Source: an uncultured SAR116 cluster alpha proteobacterium (GTDB lineage Bacteria > Pseudomonadota > Alphaproteobacteria > Puniceispirillales > Marisalimonadaceae). From it: a stretch of 64,000 nucleotides of DNA. The notes under the pieces are model-generated. The model was not told the origin of the DNA and made no database searches. It saw only the letters and a program-made list of their open reading frames with translations. The first letter of the stretch is position 1. The number at the start of each line of letters is the position of its first letter. Location: positions 542 to 64,541 of the forward strand of contig CACMYY010000003.1 in NCBI GenBank assembly GCA_902618025.1, read 5' to 3'. Below are positions 59,362-64,000 of the stretch, piece by piece. A program made the position numbers and the translations under genes.

Positions 59362-60108
59362 TTATGGAAAATAACTTCCACCATTTACATGAATTGTCTG
59401 TCCGGTTATAAAATCTGAATTAGGACCACATAAATTAGCAATCATTGTAGCAACTTCTATTGGATAACCTTTTCTTCCAACTGGGGGATTAGAATGTGAC
59501 GGATGTACTAAGCCTCTACCTGCAGATGTGCCTCTTATAGTGTCAATTAGTCCTGGCACTACAGTATTTATAGTAATACCAGTTTCTGCGTATTCCATAG
59601 CTAACGCTCTTGAAAAACCAACAACAGCAGATTTAGACGTTATTACATGAGCTCTTCCAATAGCACTGATGTGAGCAGATAATCCACCAAGATTTATAAT
59701 CCTTCCCCAGTTGTTTTTTTTCATTTCTGGAATGACAGCCTTACAGGTATGAAATAGTGAATCAAGATTTATAGACATAACAAATCGCCATTGATCAAAT
59801 GTCATTTCATCAAATTTGTTAAATTCTCTTTGTGAAGCATTGTTAATTAAAACAGAAATTATCCCTAATTTTTGTCCTTCACTTACAAGTAATTTAGATG
59901 TTTCCTTATTAGTAAGGTCACCAATTAAAATACCTGCATTTACACCATTTTCTTTTATTATATCTAAAGTTTCCATAGCTCCATCTTTATCAGAGTTGGC
60001 GTGAACTAAGATATTAAAACCTAATTTTGACAAACACTCTGAAGTCGCTCGGCCAATATTTTTGGCTGCACCAGTTACTATAGCAACTTTGCCTTTATTT
60101 TCTTGCAT
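59362..60108 (-). CDS. Short-chain dehydrogenase/reductase
   Basis: TGAAKNIG, NNAS, PGLIDT, ITGQTIHVNGG; HVITSK in place of YxxxK. Confidence 0.88.
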   Translation of the reverse strand: MQENKGKVAIVTGAAKNIGRATSECLSKLGFNILVHANSDKDGAMETLDIIKENGVNAGILIGDLTNKETSKLLVSEGQKLGIISVLINNASQREFNKFDEMTFDQWRFVMSINLDSLFHTCKAVIPEMKKNNWGRIINLGGLSAHISAIGRAHVITSKSAVVGFSRALAMEYAETGITINTVVPGLIDTIRGTSAGRGLVHPSHSNPPVGRKGYPIEVATMIANLCGPNSDFITGQTIHVNGGSYFP

Positions 60109-60247
60109 ATATTAAGTTTCCTATGTGTATGATATTATATATGTTTCATTTACTTTTGTTTAACTGATAAATCTTTTATAACACATAATTATTATGTAAA
60201 CTTGAATTATTTTAATAACAATTTAGCATGTGATTTTATATTAACAA

Positions 60248-60787
60248 ATGGACCAGAATATGACAGCTACTATTAAAGATTGGCGTGACGACATTTACAA
60301 AGTTTTTAAAGATTTAGATATAACAATGGTTTCTCATGTCCCTGATGCGGGACATACACCTCTCATAAACCTTTGTGAAAAAGATAATGAAATTGATGTC
60401 GTAACACTTACTACCGAACAAGATGGAGTTGGTTTATCATGTGGAGCGTACGCTGGAGGAAGAAAAAGTGCATTACTTATGCAATCAAGTGGAGTAGGTA
60501 ACTGCATTAATGCTCTTGCCTTGCCAAATATTTGTAGAATTCCTTTTCTAACTTTAGTTTCAATGCGAGGTGAGTGGGGAGAATTTATACCATGGCAAGT
60601 TCCAATGGGTTTAGGAACACCTAAGGTTTTGGAAGCAATGGATGTTAAAATTTTTAGAGCTGATTACAAAGAAGAAGTTGGATCTACGGTAGATGCAGCT
60701 GCCAGATTTGCTTTTAATACTAATCGGTCTGCTGCAGTGTTATTATCGCAGAAGATGATTGGCGCAAAACAATTTAAGAACGGATAA
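60248..60787 (+). CDS. TPP-dependent sulfopyruvate/phosphonopyruvate decarboxylase alpha-subunit-like
   Basis: VPDAGH, LMQSSGVGNCIN, RGEWGE..PWQVPMG. Confidence 0.85.
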   Translation: MDQNMTATIKDWRDDIYKVFKDLDITMVSHVPDAGHTPLINLCEKDNEIDVVTLTTEQDGVGLSCGAYAGGRKSALLMQSSGVGNCINALALPNICRIPFLTLVSMRGEWGEFIPWQVPMGLGTPKVLEAMDVKIFRADYKEEVGSTVDAAARFAFNTNRSAAVLLSQKMIGAKQFKNG

Positions 60788-60792
60788 TTATT

Positions 60793-61362
60793 ATGATTGA
60801 TAGAAGACCTTTTGTTCAAAAAATTTTAAAAAATAGAAAACCTAACCTTCGAGTAATTAGTGGTCTTGGCACATCAACATGGGATGTCATGTCAGGAGGA
60901 GATAATACAAGTAATTTTGGTTTCATTGGGGCTATGGGGCAGGCTATCCCATTTTCGTTAGGTTTAGCAAAGTCACAACCAGATTTACGAATTTTGTTGT
61001 TCACTGGTGATGGTGACACCCTAATGAGCCTTGGATCTATAGCAACCGTTGCTAATCATCCTGTTTCAAATCTTTCTATTGTTGTATTGGATAATGAGTC
61101 TTATGTTGAAACAGGCAGTCAGCCTACAGCTACTGCTGGTAAAACAGACTTGGAACTTGTCGCTAAAGGATCAGGCATAAGTAATTCTTACACTATAACA
61201 AATGAAAATGATTATGATAAAGTAATTAAAACAATTTATGAAGAAGAGGGTCCTTCTCTTGTTGTTGCAAAATGTCAGGCTAAAGCTACTCCTCTTGTTT
61301 TTCCTCATTCTTTTGACGGATCAGTTTCTATAAATAGATTTATGAGCTCTATCAAATCATAA
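60793..61362 (+). CDS. TPP-dependent sulfopyruvate/phosphonopyruvate decarboxylase beta-subunit-like
   Basis: GAMG, TGDGDTLM...LDNESY.ETG.Q TPP-binding motif. Confidence 0.85.
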   Translation: MIDRRPFVQKILKNRKPNLRVISGLGTSTWDVMSGGDNTSNFGFIGAMGQAIPFSLGLAKSQPDLRILLFTGDGDTLMSLGSIATVANHPVSNLSIVVLDNESYVETGSQPTATAGKTDLELVAKGSGISNSYTITNENDYDKVIKTIYEEEGPSLVVAKCQAKATPLVFPHSFDGSVSINRFMSSIKS

Positions 61363-62405
61363 TGGGAGCATATCGACCTACCAATCTTGCCATTATGGGC
61401 ATTGGAACCATTGGTAAGAGGCACTTAATGGCAATTGAGGCGATCGATACTGTTAATGTTTGTGGTGTTGTTGATGTAAGTGAAGAAGCTAAGTCTTATT
61501 GTAAAAATCGTAATATACCAATATTTCATAATTTAAATGAATTGAAAAATAACCAAAATATTGATGGTGTAGTTATTTCCACACCCACAGTTCTACATCA
61601 TAAAAATGCTTTATCAGCCCTAGATTTAGGCTTTGATGTCTTAATAGAAAAACCAATTTCAGCGAATGTCTCACAAGCTGAAGAGATTAAAAAACTTGCG
61701 AATAAAAAAAAATGTATGGTGTTGGTAGGTCACCAAAGAAGATTTAATCCTTTAGTGATAAAAGCAAAAGAAATTATATCAGAAAACAAAATTGGAATAG
61801 TTGTTGGTCTATCAGGTGTTTGGGCTTTGCGTAAAGACAAAGAATACTTTGTACCTGATTGGAGAAAAAAAATTACTGCAGGTCCGGTAATTACTAACCT
61901 TATACATGACATTGATTATCTAAGATTTATATTTGGTGAGATTTTAGAAGTGTCTGCATATGCCTCTAATAAGGTAAATAATTTTGAAAAAGAAGATATT
62001 TTAAGTGTAAATTTTAAGTTTGAAAGTGGATTATTAGGAAATTTCCTAATTACTGATAGCGGCACTTCTCCTTGGGCATGGGAAACTGGTACAAAAGAAA
62101 ATATACACCTACCTCATTTAAGTGAAAATAACCTACGCATAATCGGTACAGACGGCTCTCTTGAGTTTCCTAATCTTATAATATGGAAATATAAAATAGG
62201 TGGAAAAAATTGGAAAAATGAATTGGAAAAGGTTTACATAGAATGTGAAACCGTAGATCCCTACATTTCACAAATTAAGCACTTTGCTGACGTCATTTGC
62301 CGAAAAGTTAAACCAATAACTGATGCTTTAGAGGGAAAACAAAATCTGAAGATTGCATTATCTATTCTTGAGTCATCTAAGAAAAATTGTATAGTGAAAA
62401 TTTAA
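61362..62405 (+). CDS. Gfo/Idh/MocA family oxidoreductase
   Basis: GIGTIG, EKPIS, GHQRRF, NLIHDID. Confidence 0.9.
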   Translation: MGAYRPTNLAIMGIGTIGKRHLMAIEAIDTVNVCGVVDVSEEAKSYCKNRNIPIFHNLNELKNNQNIDGVVISTPTVLHHKNALSALDLGFDVLIEKPISANVSQAEEIKKLANKKKCMVLVGHQRRFNPLVIKAKEIISENKIGIVVGLSGVWALRKDKEYFVPDWRKKITAGPVITNLIHDIDYLRFIFGEILEVSAYASNKVNNFEKEDILSVNFKFESGLLGNFLITDSGTSPWAWETGTKENIHLPHLSENNLRIIGTDGSLEFPNLIIWKYKIGGKNWKNELEKVYIECETVDPYISQIKHFADVICRKVKPITDALEGKQNLKIALSILESSKKNCIVKI

Positions 62406-62432
62406 AAGTTTATAATTAATTGGAGACTGGAA

Positions 62433-63206
62433 ATGTATGATCTAGACCTAAAAAACAAAGTTATACTCATTACAGGAGGAAGTGACGGTTTAGGTTATGC
62501 TTCTGCTGAACTATTGTCGTCAGAAGGCGCGCATGTTGTTGTTTGTGGTAGAAGAGGAGATTATTTGAATGAAAAAGCAAAAATAATTTCTGAAAAAACA
62601 AAAAATAATGTCCTTCCAATAAAAGCAGATGTAAGTAAAGCAGATGATTGCAAAAGACTAGTTGAAGAAACAATATCGAAATTCAAAAAAATTGATGTTT
62701 TGGTTAACAACGCAGGAGCGTCAGCCGCTGCCTTATTTGAAGATGTTAGTGATAAAAATTGGGAAGATGATATTAATTTGAAATTAATGTCTACAATTAG
62801 AATGTGCCGTTTGGTAATTCCATATATGAAATCAAATAATGGTGGGGTCATAATTAACGCAACCATTGGTGGAGGGAAAGCCCCCAACGCTGGATCATTA
62901 CCAACTACAGTTACAAGAGCAGCAGGTATCAATTTAACAAAATCTCTTGCTAATCAATATGCAAAAGATCAAATAAGAGTTAACACAATATGTATTGGAT
63001 TAATTAAAAGTGCTCAATGGGAACGTAGAGCTGGATCTGGAAGTATTAACGATTTTTATAATGAATTATCAAAAAAAGTTCCTATGGGGATGGTTGGTGA
63101 GGAAATTGACTACGCTAACCTAGTTGCATTTTTATCTTCTAAAAGAAGTTCATATATTACAGGAACCGCCATAAATTTAGATGGTGGATTGTGTCCTGTA
63201 GTGTAG
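62433..63206 (+). CDS. Short-chain dehydrogenase/reductase
   Basis: TGGSDGLG, NNAG, ITGTAINLDGG. Confidence 0.88.
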   Translation: MYDLDLKNKVILITGGSDGLGYASAELLSSEGAHVVVCGRRGDYLNEKAKIISEKTKNNVLPIKADVSKADDCKRLVEETISKFKKIDVLVNNAGASAAALFEDVSDKNWEDDINLKLMSTIRMCRLVIPYMKSNNGGVIINATIGGGKAPNAGSLPTTVTRAAGINLTKSLANQYAKDQIRVNTICIGLIKSAQWERRAGSGSINDFYNELSKKVPMGMVGEEIDYANLVAFLSSKRSSYITGTAINLDGGLCPVV

Positions 63207-63223
63207 ATTTAAAAGATAGACAA

Positions 63224-64000
63224 TTAACTTTTTTTAATTCTTGGAGGATCAACGTCAGCAAGCTCACAAGCATAATCAAGTAATGCGCTAAAATCTTTTT
63301 TAGCAAATTTTCCTGATCTTGCTTGACCATAAACTGCTTGAACTGATGAACCAACTGGTAAACCAACTCTAAAACTATTTGCCGTCTCAATCGCTAAACC
63401 CATGTCTTTATGAGCAAGATCAATTGTAAAACCTGGTTCTATATCATTTTTAAGCACTTTTGATAGAAAATTAATATGGAACTGTCCATTATTAGCAGTT
63501 GTTCCAGCGTTTACTTCTTTGAATGTATTTAAATCTAAACCAATTTTTTGAGCAAGTGTAAGGGCTTCAGCAGTTATTTGAGCAATACTTAATATTTGAA
63601 AATTATTTACTACTTTTGCTCTTATTCCTGACCCAACTTTCCCACATCTTATGATAGTAGTTCCCATTGCATTAAGTAATGGTTCAATTTTTTTAAAAGC
63701 GTCCTCTTTATCGCATCCTACCATAAAAAGAGAATCTCCAGAGATTGCGTGACTTACTAACCTACCCACTGGAGCATCTATAAAATCAATATCTTTTTGT
63801 TTGCATATCTCATATATTTCATCAGTTCCTGTTGGTGCAATTGTACTCATATCTAATATAATCGATCCAGGCTTTATGTATGACAAAACACCATCAGGGT
63901 CGGTTATTACGGATTTTACATTTTCTGTAGATGGCAACATTGTTACAATAATTTCTGCATCCTCAACAGTATCTTTAATACTATTTCCTGGAACAGCTCC
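63224..64000 (-). CDS. 3-hydroxyisobutyrate dehydrogenase-family NAD(P) oxidoreductase (YihU-like), 5'-partial
   Basis: Frame stays open to the window end (GAVPGNSIKDTVEDAEIIVTMLP); DMSTI, DAPVGR, KVVNN, PGFTIDLAHKD. Confidence 0.88.
   Translation of the reverse strand, partial: GAVPGNSIKDTVEDAEIIVTMLPSTENVKSVITDPDGVLSYIKPGSIILDMSTIAPTGTDEIYEICKQKDIDFIDAPVGRLVSHAISGDSLFMVGCDKEDAFKKIEPLLNAMGTTIIRCGKVGSGIRAKVVNNFQILSIAQITAEALTLAQKIGLDLNTFKEVNAGTTANNGQFHINFLSKVLKNDIEPGFTIDLAHKDMGLAIETANSFRVGLPVGSSVQAVYGQARSGKFAKKDFSALLDYACELADVDPPRIKKS

Overview
AT-rich bacterial chromosomal segment whose gene content suggests a streamlined marine alphaproteobacterium (inference). It is mostly metabolic: a TPP-riboswitch-led thiM-thiE-SDR-MFS unit, acyl-CoA dehydrogenase and ligase, glk, ung, a DEAD-box helicase, a TAXI-TRAP transporter, a ComD/ComE-like decarboxylase, many oxidoreductases and tRNA-Ser(GCT). 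Two loci stand out. (1) At 35.8-42.3 kb, a three-gene unit encodes a modular secreted Lys/Ala-rich protein, a lipidated TPR-secretin and a tectonin-like beta-propeller protein, with no other secretion or pilus genes nearby; it is a candidate minimal secretin-based export or display system. (2) At 8.0-16.8 kb, a five-gene cyclic-nucleotide signalling operon encodes an MBL phosphodiesterase-like protein, a cNMP-binding protein, a soluble hybrid kinase with 12 tandem PAS domains, a single-domain REC and a REC-cyclase lacking the catalytic Arg. Also present: a 14x45-bp tandem-repeat acidic protein, a probable decayed 4.5-kb island at tRNA-Ser, a homopolymer-frameshifted gene and enzymes with altered active-site motifs. 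All calls come from motif recognition by eye; no database searches were run.
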